61,296 bases of DNA, filler included, from Bipalium vagum (GCA_037834085.1; 3 parts of 3 records of this genome joined end to end with filler, not necessarily neighbours in it), one strand, 5' to 3'; shown: positions 1-15,016, numbered from the whole stretch's first letter. Numbers and translations are program-made. Notes: generated by a model from the letters alone, not told the origin.

Positions 1-443
1 ACAGCGGAACTGCAAGCATAGTGCTTATTGTTGTGTATGTTGTCATTCTATTCGAACGAATGACATTCATTAGCTGCTGATCATTTATTTGTGACGTAAT
101 TTTCGTTAGCGTTCGTTTCCAACCAGTGTTTCCATGCACATTGCACTGCATATCGTGAGCGATTTACCTTACATGAAACTTCTGACTGTGACATACCAGC
201 CTCTAATATGCCAATAATTCTTCCTCGTTCAGACTGAGACAATTCAGGGGTACCTTTTGATCTTGTCATTGAAAAATAGCTGTGAAATAATGAATTAAAT
301 ATTATTGATATATTTTTTAATTAATTTACCTTATAAGTAAATAGATTTGAAAATTTTAAACAATAAAAAATAGTTTAGAAATTTTTAAATTTATTAACAA
401 TTATTTAGAATTTTAGGGTGCTTTTTTCTTTTTACCATGAGTA
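1..443 (-). mobile_element. Tc1-like transposon 5' end (HTH-encoding remnant)
   Basis: ORF 81..269 encodes ELSQSERGRIIGILEAGMSQSEVS (paired-like HTH). A terminus-like TA-ACTCATGGTAAAAG lies near 440. Confidence 0.7.
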
Positions 444-2732
444 TATATATTTATAACCTAAAAATTTTATGTATTTATTATTGCTTGAAAGATGGAAAGA
501 ATTAGTCAGGAAGCATAACGAAAGAAATTGTTCAGTTTTACTCAAAATCATTCAAAAGAACGTAAATCTTTTACTGTTAATAATTTCAAATTACATGGTT
601 TATGTTAAAATATGAACCATAATGTTGTTGGAAAAGGAATAGAAAAGTAGGAAGTAGTAGATTAAATCGGAAATTATCAAATAAACAAAATTCTGGTATT
701 ATCGGACATCATGTTGACAAAAGTGTCAATCAACGAAAACTGGCCAGGAAATATCATGTCAATCAATCAGCATGTATTACCCGTTACGTTTATCTCTTTT
801 AGGTGATAATAACTTTATTGCTTTAGAGGGCTTGAAAACATATCTTATCAAATTTTAAAATAGAAAAAGGAAAGTTAAATAATTTTTTGATTAATTTTCT
901 CTATTAATAATATTTTTATTCTATAAGAAATATGATATATAATACGTAAAAGAATTTTCGTATCATATATTAACATAAATGCACTCTTAGATGTTCTCAT
1001 TTACATCAGAGGAGACAGAACAAAACTTCAAAAGTCTAATTAGTGATCAATTCCAAAAGGTCAGAACAAAAAGATCATTGAATCGAAAAATGAGCGTTGA
1101 AAAGAGTAAATGAGAAAAGACAGAATCAATGGATGACTAATGTTTTCTTGAATCAATACTTAATCAACTTAGATTATATGAAATAATAAACCAAATATAA
1201 CATTGACATAAAAAGTTCCTATTAAAAAATTCGTATTTAAGGTATTCATATATATTATTAAAATATTTTTCCTAAAAAATATAATTATATAAAGGTAGTT
1301 AACAAAACTATGTATCGTGAATTACTTTATAATGGATATCGAAAATCAATACAAAATAAAAAATAATATATAAATAATTAAAGTGTAATACGCAGTTATG
1401 AAACTAATTTTATTCTTTTTTTCTTTTTAAAATAATATTGTTTTAATGAATGATAAAAAATATTTTGCAAATTATCAAATGTTTTATTCAATCGTTTTAT
1501 GAATAGATGTAATATAATTAACCCAACTTCCTTAATTATTAAATTGGAGTTTAAAACGAATATCATTAATAAATAACTTTTCAATGACTAAATTATTGGA
1601 CTTAACTTTATATGTGTTATATATCAATAAATCGATAAATTATATATTATATATTATATCTCTATATTAAATATTATTCTTTTAAAATTTGTTTTATTTA
1701 TGGATTTAATTTGTTTTTAATATAATCATTTTATTTAAAATATTTTTTCCTATAACAATATAAAGAATATAAATCATTCAGAAAATTATAAAGGTTAGAA
1801 GGAATGTCATAAATTAAAATAATTTTATTTAATATTTTCCTATATTTTGTCTCTGTTTCAGATTTTTCAAGTTCTGAATCTGTGTGATGGAGTCAAGGTT
1901 TTTTTTAGAATTTAGTTGTTCCCAACTATTGATGCACTTCTATTTACTTTTTTCCCCTTCAAATGACATTTAATGTCGATTCTAATAAATAAATTTAATT
2001 ATTGAAAAATTATTTCAATATTTCCTTTTTGTAGCTGTTGATATCCGTAGATGTGATCCGTGGATTTGTTAACGATCACTGCCAAATAATGAACCATTAT
2101 ATGAATGAGACATGTTTTCAAATAGTTGAAAAACTATGTCAAAAGTTAAGGGAGCATTCAATAAATTGTTGTTGATTAATTGGAGTCTTTTTAACGTTTC
2201 CTTTTTTATTTTATATATAAATTTACACCGAAACTTTCAATTTCTACAAATTCCTCCCAGGAATGCGACAAATATAAACAAAATATTACTTGGAAAGATA
2301 ACATTTAATTGATGACAAAAAAATAATATAATATTTTTCAATTGATAATTTATTTATATATTTATTTATATATTATTTATATATAAAAAATTCAATTATC
2401 ACACACGTTTAAGATGTGTACATATTTATTTAATATTCTTTTAATAAAATAAAAAATCTTTTAAAAAAAAATCTTATTTGTGTAATTTTAAAAGTAAAAT
2501 TAAAAAAGAAGTCCCAAAAAAGATTGGGAAAGATTAATTTTTATATTAAAAATTTCGTAAAATATCGGCACAATTTAAAAAAATTGACAAACGTTATTTA
2601 TTGATATATTTGTTTAATATATTTTTTGGTAATTTTTCTGATATTTATCATTATTTCTATTTCATTTTAATATAAATATTTATATATTTATTATTGCAAA
2701 TACGTTTAAGAAAACGATTTCAATTTTTACAG

Positions 2733-2980
2733 ACTTCCATTTATTCAATGACGATGAAAGGTTTGATTTTGATATCCACCATCATCCTTATTGGGTTGAT
2801 CATGGCCTATCATGTACTGGAGATAAAGGTAAAATATTTTAACTGATTTTGTTCAATCAATCAACGGGTAGATATTTTCATGGGATGATTCGATTGAAGA
2901 TTGGAGAATTGCAATTACCTGGCAAAGAATTGCGCAAATGATAGGAGAAATTTTTATATGTAGTATACAACCGATACCAG
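2733..2980 (+). CDS. KCNN: SK channel exons encoding S2 and S3 (43-nt intron 2829-2871)
   Basis: tacag|ACT...AAG|gtaaaa...ggtag|ATA...CCAG|gtaaca. DWRIA and QPIPG motifs match SK. Both exons are below the ORF-track length cutoff. Confidence 0.88.
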
Positions 2981-5900
2981 GTAACATCAAAACAACTGAA
3001 TAATAAATTAAATATTTAAATTATAAAGTTATAATTTATTTGTCAAATGACAGTAATAAATCAAGAATATATTCCTTATTGTCATGTATATTTATGAATG
3101 AAAAACATTCTGTTTTTTCACCCGGGATTTATAGAAAAAAATTAATAAATAAATTTTTTCATATTTGATTAATAATTATTAAAGGAAATTAATGAGTTAC
3201 ATTGTCTTAGAAAATCAAATATATAATAAATCAAAAAATGACAAAAAATCTAAAAGAATAACAAATGAAAAACCAAACTAATAAAGTTAATTTATGGAAC
3301 AGGGTCATCGAGATAAATACGTAAAAAATATTATTGTTAATAAAAAGACGTGTGGGAGTTTTATTGTAATAATTACGAACGATCTACGAATCATTATTAA
3401 TCTAAGAAAGGCGACCAAATATTAACATTCAAACGGGAGAGGGTAAAAATCAATGGATCAATAATGTTATCTGCGATTTTTAAAAAATATTATTTGTTTC
3501 AAAAAATAAGAAAAATAATTTAAAATAATTAAAAATAATAATAAAATAATTTAACAAATTAAAATTTAAATATCAATAAACTTTATTGACTGATGAAGAA
3601 CTGGCGCTAATTATTTCCAAAACCGCTTTTTTTCATTCATATTCTGAAGGCATGACTAATATTATATCTTCAAATTTTATTAATATATTTTATTGATAAA
3701 TTAGGGTTTTTAAACAAAAATAATTATGGTGAAGTTTCAAGTAAACGTTTTGAAAATTTTCTGAAAATTTAGAAAATAAATGAAATTATACTTAGAAATT
3801 ATATAATAAGATAACTTAATATTTAAAGAATGAGTTACTAATTAATAATATTAATAGTTTTTAATTTATATAAATTAGAAATTTTAGGATTTGAATGAAA
3901 ATTAATTATTAATACATTATTGTCTGAAAAAGATTGTAATAATATGACCAATGAAAAGTGAGTTGAGGCATATTAAAATTAAATTTGTCTCTGATGGCGT
4001 AAGCGTAAAATTATAAATATTGAATTTTCAAACAAAATTGCTCTATGTCGGTGTTCCCAACTGAATTAAAGCTCGTTTATTTTATGGGTAATGGGAAATA
4101 TTCCCAGATAACAACTCCCATCACTGTAACTTTCAATAAGTTTTTTTCACAAATTTATTAAATAGGTGTTTCTTAAAAACATATTAATTAAAATATATAC
4201 AAATTAAATTTGATATGAAACTTTTTTTACTTGAATGTCAAATATATAAATAATATTATGTTATATATATTATAACTTTTCAAACCATCTTCGTATGGTC
4301 TGATCAGAAACTGTTTCATTTCTCGATGCCTGGATAATGTTTCTAGTCCCTTCTGCAGCATTGTAACCAAGTTTAAATTCATGTAAAGTAATTATTCGAA
4401 TTTCTAATTTTGAAAGAATTTTTAAAATTGTTAACAAATTTAATTTAATTAATACATTTAAACAACTTACTAATTTAGTAAATTAATCAGAAATCTAGCT
4501 TTTAATTGATATAAAATATTACATAATATTGATTCTAAAATGACTGAAACAGAAAAAATTAAAACTAATTTTTTTATTATAATAGAGCCTGTTTAAAAAA
4601 AATTAATTTAATTTTTCAGTTACTTCAATAAAATTATGTTACGTTTATAATATTATATACGCGTGTATAATATGTGATAAGATTCAAAAAGAATTGCTTT
4701 ATTAAACTTATATAAAACATTTCAGCTTTTATACAATATAAAAGAAGTATGATCTGCATTACCAGACCTATGATCTATACATTCTGAGAACCTTTTTTAA
4801 TTTGCCTCATAAAAGAGAATTCCTCAAATAAAAGAGACGTGGTCCATAAAACATGTGTCCATTATATTATACTATAACTATTATATTTTCTTTCTTTTAT
4901 ATATTAATTTAACTTAGAAAGTCATGTGTAATTTTTTTTATTTTTCAATGTCATTTTTTTTCTTTTAAATTTTTATCGATTTTTAAACTTTTTTCTTATG
5001 AATTATACTGAAAGATTAGTTAATTAAAATAGCTTATATATATCTAGAAAAATTATTTATCTTAATATTTTTAAAAAATATAAACACTTCACAACATATT
5101 TCGTTTTTTGTAAAATATAACTGATAATACTTTAGAAGTTATTTATGGAAAGTTTAGGAACTTATTTATTTGCCATTATTTAGGAACTAATGTATAATCA
5201 GACAGAAGTCCCATCTGGAGCTAAAGTTCACTGGAGCAGCTCTTTATGCCTAGCATCATAGAATTCGATGTTGTTTTTCATTTCTCCCAAAATCTTGTGG
5301 AACATAACGACTTAATTATTTCATTACCTCAAAGCCGTCCTTTAAAATTTTGAAAACGGTTGCCTGCGGAATAGACAGTCTTTGATGCATAAGTTAAGAG
5401 CTTATCTGCTCGAATGTCTTTCAAAATCTCGCTGATTTGCTTGAAATTTTTCTGCGGAATTGGCTCTTTCAACACTATTTATTTGCTAAGGAAATTTGTC
5501 TTTTCTTGTATTTTGTGAAATATTTGTTGATAGTTTTTTTGGAATATAACTGTCGGGCAGCAATTTCTTTAATTTTTTTTTGGAGACACCAGACTGTACA
5601 TATTTAAAATTAAAAAATATAAATAAGCGTACTGTTCTTCCTATCTAATTGATTTTTTTCAATTATCTGCAAGTCTAAAATTCAAACTGTTTAGATTATA
5701 TTAAAATTAAAATTATATGTAAATATCCTAACCTGCATTACCCTATTTAAACAAAAAGTATATTACTAATAATGATTAAATCAAAATTTAGTTAATTTTT
5801 TCATCCTCCAATTTGCGTGAATTAGACATATTAGAATAATATGTAATAAGAAAAATATATATATAATTAACAATTTTCCTTTCCTAGTTTATTTTCTCTT

Positions 5901-8900
5901 TTCTTTTTTTCTTAAGTTTATTTATAAACATATCTGGACATATTTGTAAAAGATTAACAAAATGTTTCGGGAAATATTTTAACTGAGATTAAAATTTTAC
6001 AAGAAATGATTTAAATAATTAATTATAATATTGATTATTAAGAAAATAGTTCTACTTTCCAAAATAAAGTTTTGAGAGTAAATTAATTATGCTAATTTTT
6101 AATAATTCAATTATTTTTTATTTAAGTAACATACAAAGACCAAAATCTTAAAACGTTTATTAATAGAAAAATATTTTCATAAATATTAAATAACAAAAAT
6201 CAATATAATAAATTCCGGATTAAATTGATTTAAACAAAATAAAATAATTAAATAACTGAGAACGAGTATGTGGAAATATTAATAACATTTTTCATATGTG
6301 ATAAGTAAAAAATAATTAATTTTCGATAAATTGCAATTTAAATTATGGAGCTTTAGAACATTCTTATTATAACAAAAAAGTATTTTAAACTCTCAAAAAA
6401 AGTTATTTTGGAAATATTTTATTTCAATTTTATGTGTACTCTTACAAAAAGAAAATAAACTAATTAAATGAAAAATAATTGAAATCTAGATATTTTTAAC
6501 ATATTATTGTTTACTTTATTTGTTCAATTTTAGCTTATAATACGATATAAGAACTGTTAATCATATTGAAAATATTAAAACAAAATTTAAATAATGGTTA
6601 ATAAGAGAAAATGTTCTTTCAATATCAAAGACTTTATTTTTACGAAATATAAAAATAATTAAATTCATAGGATAAGAGAAGAAATCTTTTTGTTTTCCCT
6701 TAATAATGGTAAGTTAAATGTACTTGTGTTAAATAAATACCCATACTATTTAATATGAATTGGTCAACCGACTTGAATTTTAAGAAAATGTCTTAATTAT
6801 TTTGGCTAACTCCGGAGACATATAATATTAAATTAAAAATAATAATTATTATCGATTTTTCTATTATTTAATTATTTGTTAATTAAAATTATTTTAAAAT
6901 AAAATATTAAGTTTATAAAATATATTGTGATTTAGATAAAAATTGTGATTATTTTACAAATAATTTGTTTTAATACTTTAATATCAGCTAACTCTTGAGA
7001 AAAGATTGAAAGAGAAATTGTTGATGGATGAAAATATTACAGTGTTTCATGTAAATAATAAATACAGAGTAGAATATATATTAAATCCAAATGAGAATGA
7101 GAGCGCATATAATAAAGATAATGTTGCTAACTTTGTTATTATTTCATCCATCTCGGAAGCTATAGAGTAGGGGTGTAATTCATCGGGACACAATAATATT
7201 TGATTCATCTTATTACATTTACAAATACAATCAACATTATTTACAAACCATAAGCAAATAAATGTATAATAATGTTTTTGATAATGTTAATAAAAAGTCT
7301 ATTGACTTAAGCACTCAATAAAGCATTGATTCGACTATCGATCAATTTTTTATGAAAATGATCTATTTCTGGATCTATCCTCCAAAGTTTGAGAACAGAA
7401 GTTATAAACTCGTATTTTGTTCTAGGATTGAGATTACAGACATTTTTCTTTCTCTGTCAGATGATGATGCAGCCCAAGATAAAAGAGTAGTTTTATATTT
7501 ATTAAGAAATGTTATTGTGACTTTTACAGAATGACAGGCGCACCATCTTGTTAATAGATCCATTACCCATAATGACACCAATCTTTTGTTTGATCAATTG
7601 ACTGTTAGTCTAATAAATTTCCTAGAAATGATGGGAAACCCTATAATATTAGCTATAAGTTCTTTAACTGCCCACTGAGGATTTACTTCTGTATTACGAA
7701 TTACATTTCTAATATGTATTCTTGAAAGCCTAAGTTATCTTTCGCATTTCCCAATTCCGCATGACCCAACTTGCTTGTAAAATGTAACCAAACAATTTAT
7801 GTTTGACAGCCATTTTTATCTGAAGTTGAATCAAGCAAAGCTTTCACTTCCGCACGTTTTACTATGGTAGCATTCATTTTCAAAGAGATTCAATATTATT
7901 AGCTCTAAAATTTGAAAATTTATATCAATGAAAGATTTTTAAAAATACAACTACTTAAACCGAACAACAAATGAAAACAAATATTGAAATACTTGATACG
8001 GAAATAATAAAGACCAATTTAATCAGTGTCCGATTAATTATCTATTGTACAAGCATTAAAAGTAGTCTCCCTATCTGTCTTACTTAAGAACTTCGAGAAT
8101 GTTCAGAAAGATGTAGAATTAGAAAACAGCTTATTTGAATAAAAAATCAAGATTTAAACATTGGATAATTATTTGTAAAAAAAGGAAATAATGAATTATT
8201 TATAAATAACTTTTTACTATTTTTATAATTTTGTTTGATTAACCTTTCACAATAAACATTTTTTGTAATTTAAACCTTTGTAGAATGACCCCTCTGATAA
8301 ATGACCAATCGTTACTCTGAACATTTTTAGAATCAACCATAAAGAGTTGAATGTTGCAGTTTTCACTGTATATATTAATCTCTAAATGAAAACGTAATTA
8401 AAAATTCTGTGATTTTAAATTCCGGTTTACAAAATCCTCCAAAGCTTTTGACTCTAATTGTTTAAATGAAGATCACAATTATCGGTTTTGGATTTTAAAA
8501 GAGAATTTTTAAAAATAATAAAACATCAAGTTTATTATAATTGATATTTTCCTTTCAAAGATATTGTGGAATCATTTGAATTGCCAACTGTCAAATAAAT
8601 AATATTCATAAATAAAGATGTTACTTTTGTCAAAATGTCAATATAAATAATACCAATAAATCAATATAAATTGATAATTTCAAAGATTCCCCCATGACTT
8701 TGACATCTCATTGACACTTCTTTCTCAAAGTGACCAAAATGATAATGGATATTTATGAACAATTAGACACTTTCTCATTAATTTCTCATGATAAATGTAA
8801 GGAAAATCCGTTTATAAATCCAGAATACCTACCAGTGAATTTTTGGGCTGCCACTGATGTTACAGCTATATGGAGGATTTGGATACATTTTCAGATTATA

Positions 8901-11900
8901 AGTACCTATTTATCAAGAAATGGCAATAAAAATTGGCTACAAATTTCTCGTATCTGACAGAATGTTGCTATAATTATGATATATTATTATTACATTTTAT
9001 GATAATCAAAATATTATAATTATCTATTAGAGAATGTTAGAGAAACTCCGAAATGTTTGCCTTCTTTTTCAGATTTTTAGAAATTATTAATTTTAACATT
9101 AAATTTGTAAAATAAATATTTTTCAATGGTATTTGAATATTATTTATTTAAATAAATTATTAAAAATGATTTTTTGTATAAGTTGTATTATTTTATAGTT
9201 TTGTTTTAATATTTGAAAAAAATCATTATTTTTAAAAAATATTTTTCTTGAAGTGATAACTTCTTAGTTAAAATTAACTTAATTTATTTATTCTTATTAT
9301 TTATTTCTCTTATTAACTTATCCCATATCATTAGGATATTATACTTTTAAATGGAGAGTGAGAAATGCAGAAAAGGACGTCAGTGTGAATATTGTGCTTT
9401 CACTTCCAATGCTATTGAGACTGTATCTCATTCTGAGGGTACTGTTGCTACATTCCAAACTTTTCAGCGACGCCGGCTCCCGTAGTATTGGCGCAATGAA
9501 TAAGGTCACTTTTACTATCAGTTTTGTTCTGAAAACAGTCATGACAACCAACCCCGGGACGGTCTTGCTGATTTTTATGCTTTTTATATGGTTGGTTTTC
9601 AGCTGGACGATGCGAATATGTGAAGTGTGAGTTGTTAGATTGTACTTTTTCAATTTTTTTCTGATTTATTTTTCGATTCTATAAAATAACAAAAAAAGGT
9701 TTAATTAAAACAAAACCACTTAATTAAAGTAATATAAAATTAACTTTTTTATTGATTTTTAAATTTGATATTTTAATAAAATTAGTTAATATAAAATATA
9801 AAATTAATTATATATAATATAATGTATAATAGATTAATACTGAAAACCATTGTCCAATAGACAAAGGAAGATGTTGATATGAAAATTTAATAATACTAAT
9901 CAAAAATAAAAATATTAAGCTTAAAATAAAAATACAGAAAAATTCTCCAAATATTAAGAAAAAACAATAAGACTCAGTTATCACAGTATTCATAAACAGT
10001 TTTTAAAATATTCAATTAAAACAAAAAAATTTCCATTAATCCAATTAAATATTAGCAGTATTATTTTTTTAAAGAAATAAATTAAATATAATTATTAAAT
10101 TACTTTTGGCAATTCCAACTATTAAAACGGATTTCTAATTTGTCACGAACTTCGACATGCAAAATTAATTTATTTTGGTATGCATAGTAAATTTTAATAA
10201 ATATTTTACGTTGTCAATCAACTGTTGCATAAAAAGTTTGGGCAATTTTTGACTCTGCAATTAAATCTGTAAAGCTGAAGAAATTTATAGACCAGTGCTT
10301 CCAAAACAGTTTTTCTCTCGGAGTCTTTGAGGAAAAAAGAGCGGGAATATATTTCCAATAGGAAAATTATTTGCAGTCGTATTGGTAATGATAATAAGTT
10401 ATTACAAGATTTCTCTTTGATATCAGTTTATCAGAACTTAATTATTTCCAATTTTCTTTCATCTAAAGATAAAAAATAAAAATTCTTTTTCATACTAATC
10501 CGATAACAGAAACTGTTAAAATGATATAAGAACATTTATGCATAAATGGATAAAAATTTAAATAATAGACGAATGTTTGTATAATTCTTAGACATATAGG
10601 GTAAGACTAATAAGTACTTAAATTAAGAAATAAGAATACCAGAAATAAGAAAGTCAGTACAACAAATTTTTAAAGAATAAGTATACATTTAAAGGTCTTG
10701 TTTCTTGAAATAACCGCCGTTTACATTGCCACATTTTTTCCACTGTTTAATATTTCATTAAAACCTATTGTAAAGAAATGTTGATTTTTCTCTATGAAGA
10801 ATTTAGTCATGTTATTCTTCTTATCATCCTTGGAAACAAAATATTTCATCCCATATTTTTTTCAGATAATTGAACTACTAAAATCACTTGATATAAGATC
10901 TGGACTGTATGGAGCATGATACTGCTGCACAGACCTAATTTTTATTAATGTGTCTTGTATTTTCTTGAATGTGTGAATAGGAATGTTATCATGAAACATA
11001 TAAAGCTAATGACTGTATGACTTGTGTCGGATGACTCAGGGTCTTTCAATTTTGGATGCATCAAAAATACATTTTCTACTAGATAAAAATTCTTGGAAAT
11101 GGTCGGCTAAGATAGAGCTTTTCACCATATAATTTTTTATGATGATTAATAATTTTCTTCTTTCCAGATTCACTGAGAAGTTAAATGGATAACAATGTGA
11201 AATTCCATATTTTCGAACCATTTATGAATTAATCTAATTTCGTGCAAACAAAAATTATAATATTTAAACTAATCTTATATGCCATACTTATATCATTATT
11301 ATTTTACGCGCAACATTTTATTTAATATCTTCAATATTTCGAGGAGAGTGAAAGTATCTTTTAGTCTTACCACGTAAATGTCCAAAATTGAATTATCGTA
11401 TCCTGTTTAAGTGCAAAACAAAAGATTCTCAATAAATATATGAAATTATAAAATAAAACACGTCTTAATGGCAAATAGTAAATCTTTGCTTAATATATTG
11501 ATATCAGCAGAATGTCGACTGCAACCTCAAACAAGAATGTTGACAGTGCAAATAAGAAAGTTCCCATAAAATTTATTGAGAAATTTTTAGCAGCAAACTA
11601 TTATTAACAGAACATAACTTGATGTAAACTCTGTTAACTTTAAAAGACAATGTTAATATTAAGTATGCATAGTAGATCTATGGAAAGTGAAAGGTCTGGT
11701 TACATTTTATTTTATTAATATTTAGTTTTTATATATTTTGCCATTTTATAGTAAGATGAATAATAATAAGTATTATTGAAATTTTTAATTATATCATTAA
11801 ATATATATATTAATTATATTATTATTAATAATATTATGTAGCTTTAATAAAAAAAATTAGATATAATTCAATCGATCATTATTCATTGGCATCACATCTA

Positions 11901-13377
11901 CGACGTTCTTCATTCGACATTAGTTTTATTTTCAATATCAAATGCGTTTAAACTATCGTAGAATGATACGCTCATTTTCTGTTGTCTGGCCGAAGGCACC
12001 AATAAAATTTCAGTTGACCTCTGCAGCTCCATTGGGTTTTGAATTCATAAAGATAAATCTCTCATAGGTTTATTCAATCTATATTTGAATGATCTGATTG
12101 CAGTCCTGATGTAACCCAATCGAAAACCTCTGGGGCATCCTAGGTCGAAACATTTATAAAGATGGTCACTAATGTGATATTGTTTTGCAGTTACAAAGAG
12201 CAATTGATGAATATTTGTGTAAAATGGATAATGAAGTTATTCAAAAAATTGTTTTATCAATGTCTAATCGTGTTTTTGAAGTTATCAAACAAAAAAGTAG
12301 TTCCATAAAATATTAAAGGCTTGTAATAAAGTATGAGAACTTAAATCTATTGTTGCGAACAATTGAATATTTCACCCAATTTCTTATTTTAATATTATTT
12401 TTTGTATAAATTCAGTTTGATTGAAATATATATTTTTAGAATTTTTATTGTTTCGTATATATTTTATATTAAATAAAATCATTATGAAATATCGTGAAGT
12501 AATACAAATAAAGTTTGATTTTATCAAAATTAACATTTTTAGGTGGTGCGCACATGTACAATTAAAATATTTACCATTGTATTTTTTATTACATTTAATT
12601 AAGTTCATTTGAACTTAATATGTTTGAGTTTAAAGCTGAATGTCAAAATTTAACTTTATTTTTCAACCAATCAAAACAATGAATAATACTAATAAAATTA
12701 ATTGAAATGTCGTATATAATGAGACTGTGAGTGATATCAATGATAGCCAGATGATATTTTCACAGATATCTGGTGAGTATTGTAGATATTGTTTCACACC
12801 AATCAGAAAAAAACTATAAATTTATTATTATTATATTTTTATTTATTTTTAATTTTTTTTAAAATTTGTAATCCAGAAAAATATAAATGTAATTTGATTT
12901 AAATTGAGATATTTCAAAAATAATTAAGTCCTGTATACAGTGAAACCTGCTTAAATTGAACACCATAGTGTCCTTGCTGAAAATTTCAAATTAGAGGTGT
13001 TCAGATAATCAAGGTGTTCAAGTTTAACTTATATTTAAAAATAAAAGAGGTGTTCAGCTAACAAAGATGTTTATTTATGCAGGTTTCACTGTATTACTTA
13101 ATTTTATATTGGCCATATTATTTTCTCAAATTAATTGATTTTCTAATTAATATATATACAAAACTTAAGTGTATTGAAAATTGAATTAAATTAAGTTAAC
13201 AATTATTTAATTTCAGTTATTAAAGTGATTATTTTATTTAGTGTATATGATGAACAGCATGGAAACTTATTAAATTCAATGTGGTTAATTTCCGTTACCT
13301 TCCTCAGCATAGGCTATGGAGACATTGTACCTCATACTTACTGTGGAAGGGGAATTGCAATAGCAACAGGGGTTACG
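2733..13377 (+). CDS. KCNN: Small-conductance Ca2+-activated K+ channel (SK/KCNN family), partial: exons 2733-2828, 2872-2980, 9335-9626, 13242-13377 (S2 to start of S6)
   Basis: GT-AG bounded exons join with matching phases (0,1,2). They give [32 protein letters not shown] / [19 protein letters not shown]...CSIQPIPG / YYTFKW...[37 protein letters not shown]...PGTVLL / ...[34 protein letters not shown]. These are SK signature segments and include the GYG filter. Introns are 43, 6354 and 3615 nt. The S1 and calmodulin-binding exons were not found in the window. Confidence 0.93.
4285..4440 (-). mobile_element. Mariner 5' fragment
   Basis: The minus strand translates as [22 protein letters not shown]...[11 protein letters not shown], the mariner N-terminal HTH. 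Confidence 0.7.
5190..5600 (-). mobile_element. Degraded Tc1-like transposase fragment
   Basis: Frameshifted HTH and linker-like fragments ending near a W..SD-like segment. Confidence 0.4.
7165..8050 (-). mobile_element. Internally deleted Tc1-like element
   Basis: Imperfect inverted ends (TAATTCATCGGGACAC near 7176 versus GTGTCCGATTAATTA near 8026). A decayed transposase starts [15 protein letters not shown] on the minus strand. Confidence 0.45.
9335..9626 (+). CDS. KCNN: SK channel exon encoding S4-S5
   Basis: ttag|GA...GT|gtgagt. Lies within ORF 9358..9630 and contains [18 protein letters not shown] and SRSIGA. Confidence 0.92.
10690..11230 (-). mobile_element. Mariner transposase remnant (3' half)
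   Basis: [11 protein letters not shown] motif and C-terminal ...KFFIEK..HFFTIG, interrupted by stops and frameshifts. Confidence 0.65.
12060..12316 (+). mobile_element. Tc1-like transposase 3' remnant
   Basis: [13 protein letters not shown]...[19 protein letters not shown], the Tc1 C-terminal signature. Confidence 0.7.
12938..13091. mobile_element. pogo/Tigger-type MITE (154 nt)
   Basis: TIRs CAGTGAAACCTGC...GCAGGTTTCACTG are flanked by TA on both sides. Repeated internal (G)AGGTGTTCA sub-terminal motifs. A related single end occurs near 8355-8370. Confidence 0.85.
13242..13377 (+). CDS. KCNN: SK channel pore exon
   Basis: ttag|T...ACG|gtaaga. Encodes [25 protein letters not shown]. Confidence 0.93.
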
Positions 13378-15016
13378 GTAAGATCTTTCTGTTTTTTGGT
13401 GAAATAATAGTTTTATTTATAATACAATTAAATTTTAAAAAAAAACTCTTTAAATAACAGCACAAGATTTACATTTTATGTCCATGAAAGAGTTTTAGAT
13501 CACAGAAATAGACTAAATCAATTTCTCCTGTGTTTGATATCATTGATTTCTTCTGATGACTATTCTTCTGTTTTACATAAATTTGGGAACATATCTGTTC
13601 TTACTTTGATACATTTTCCATTTTTCACTAGAAAAATATTTTTCTTTTAGTAAAATTTGCTTAAGTGTCCTTCGTTGAAGGTTAAGTTGAAAAGGTGTTT
13701 TGAAGATTATTAACTTAAAGATTATTATAATATTTAATTGACAGAATATTTCTTGATTGATCATAATTTCTATAATCCTATATGTATCTATACCAAAGCT
13801 ATGCTAGACAAAATTAATCAGAATTTTGTGACATAATTCAACAAAAATTCACCAAATGTGCAGAAGAAGCTTCTCTTCCAAAAGATATAAAAATCAATAA
13901 CCCATCATAAGTCTTTTATTGTTAAATTTTTATAAGCATAGATTAGACATCATAATAATAAGGTGCCCCAAAAAATTGATTAAAAATAAAATTATATTTT
14001 GCCATGAAATCATTTAAATTTAATAAAATTCAAGAACCAAATTTATATGAGTTGTGGTTAGTTTAAAAGACAGAAAAATCAACTTATATATAATAATAAA
14101 TAAAAAATAATACATAATATTACAATTAATAATATTTATTAAGAACATTTATAAATAATAATAATTTTAATTTTATTTTGTATTTTGAAATAACCTTTTT
14201 TCAAATAGAATTATAATACTTCTGCTTAGTAAATTTCCTGTAATAGAATTTCAATAGAATTGATATTTCTTATCTCAAAAACAACACTTATTATTTTTGG
14301 AATCTGATACTTACAAAAATAAAATCTAGATTTTTATTTTATTTCGAAGAAAATAATATTCACAATAATTATTATTCACGTCAAGAAAATAGTAATCATT
14401 TAATAAAATAAATTTTATTTTATATTTTTGAATTGAAACAAGTAATCTAATTGTCTGGAGTCCTCAAAAAAATATTTAAAGTTAAAATTGAATATTGAAA
14501 ATATTATTATGATTTTATCAAAATTTTTCTTTTGACTTTCTTTTGATTATTATTTATTAATTTTGATAATATTTTTATTGCAACTTTAATAACTTCTATT
14601 TAGCTTCTACTGTTTATACTCGAGAGTAATATAATATATTTTATATTCATTATTAATAATCATGAAATATATTAAATTACTAAGTTATGATTAAATAAAC
14701 TTTCATAGGAATCCTATTTTTCTGTAGCTTAATATTTATATTTATCAAACAGAAATGCAAATATATCCATAAAATATTTCCCTTTATATTTATTTGCTCA
14801 AATAAATTATATAAAATATTATAAAAAGATTTGTAAAGCCAATAAAATAAAAAGAGGTATATTATTAAATATTAATTATGAAATAAAATTTTTAAAAATT
14901 TTTATATATCAATCCCACATAATATTCTGATAAAAGTATTATTATCTTTATAAAATATTTATTTTATAATTATTTAGAGTTTTATAATGAAATCTTAGAA
15001 AGAAAATTTATATATG

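Noticed and set aside
1396-13764. Short I/F/K/N-rich ORFs (e.g. 1396, 9808, 12384, 12421, 13573; likewise 46088, 46654, 47012)
   Set aside because: Their composition mirrors AT-rich non-coding DNA and they contain no domains.
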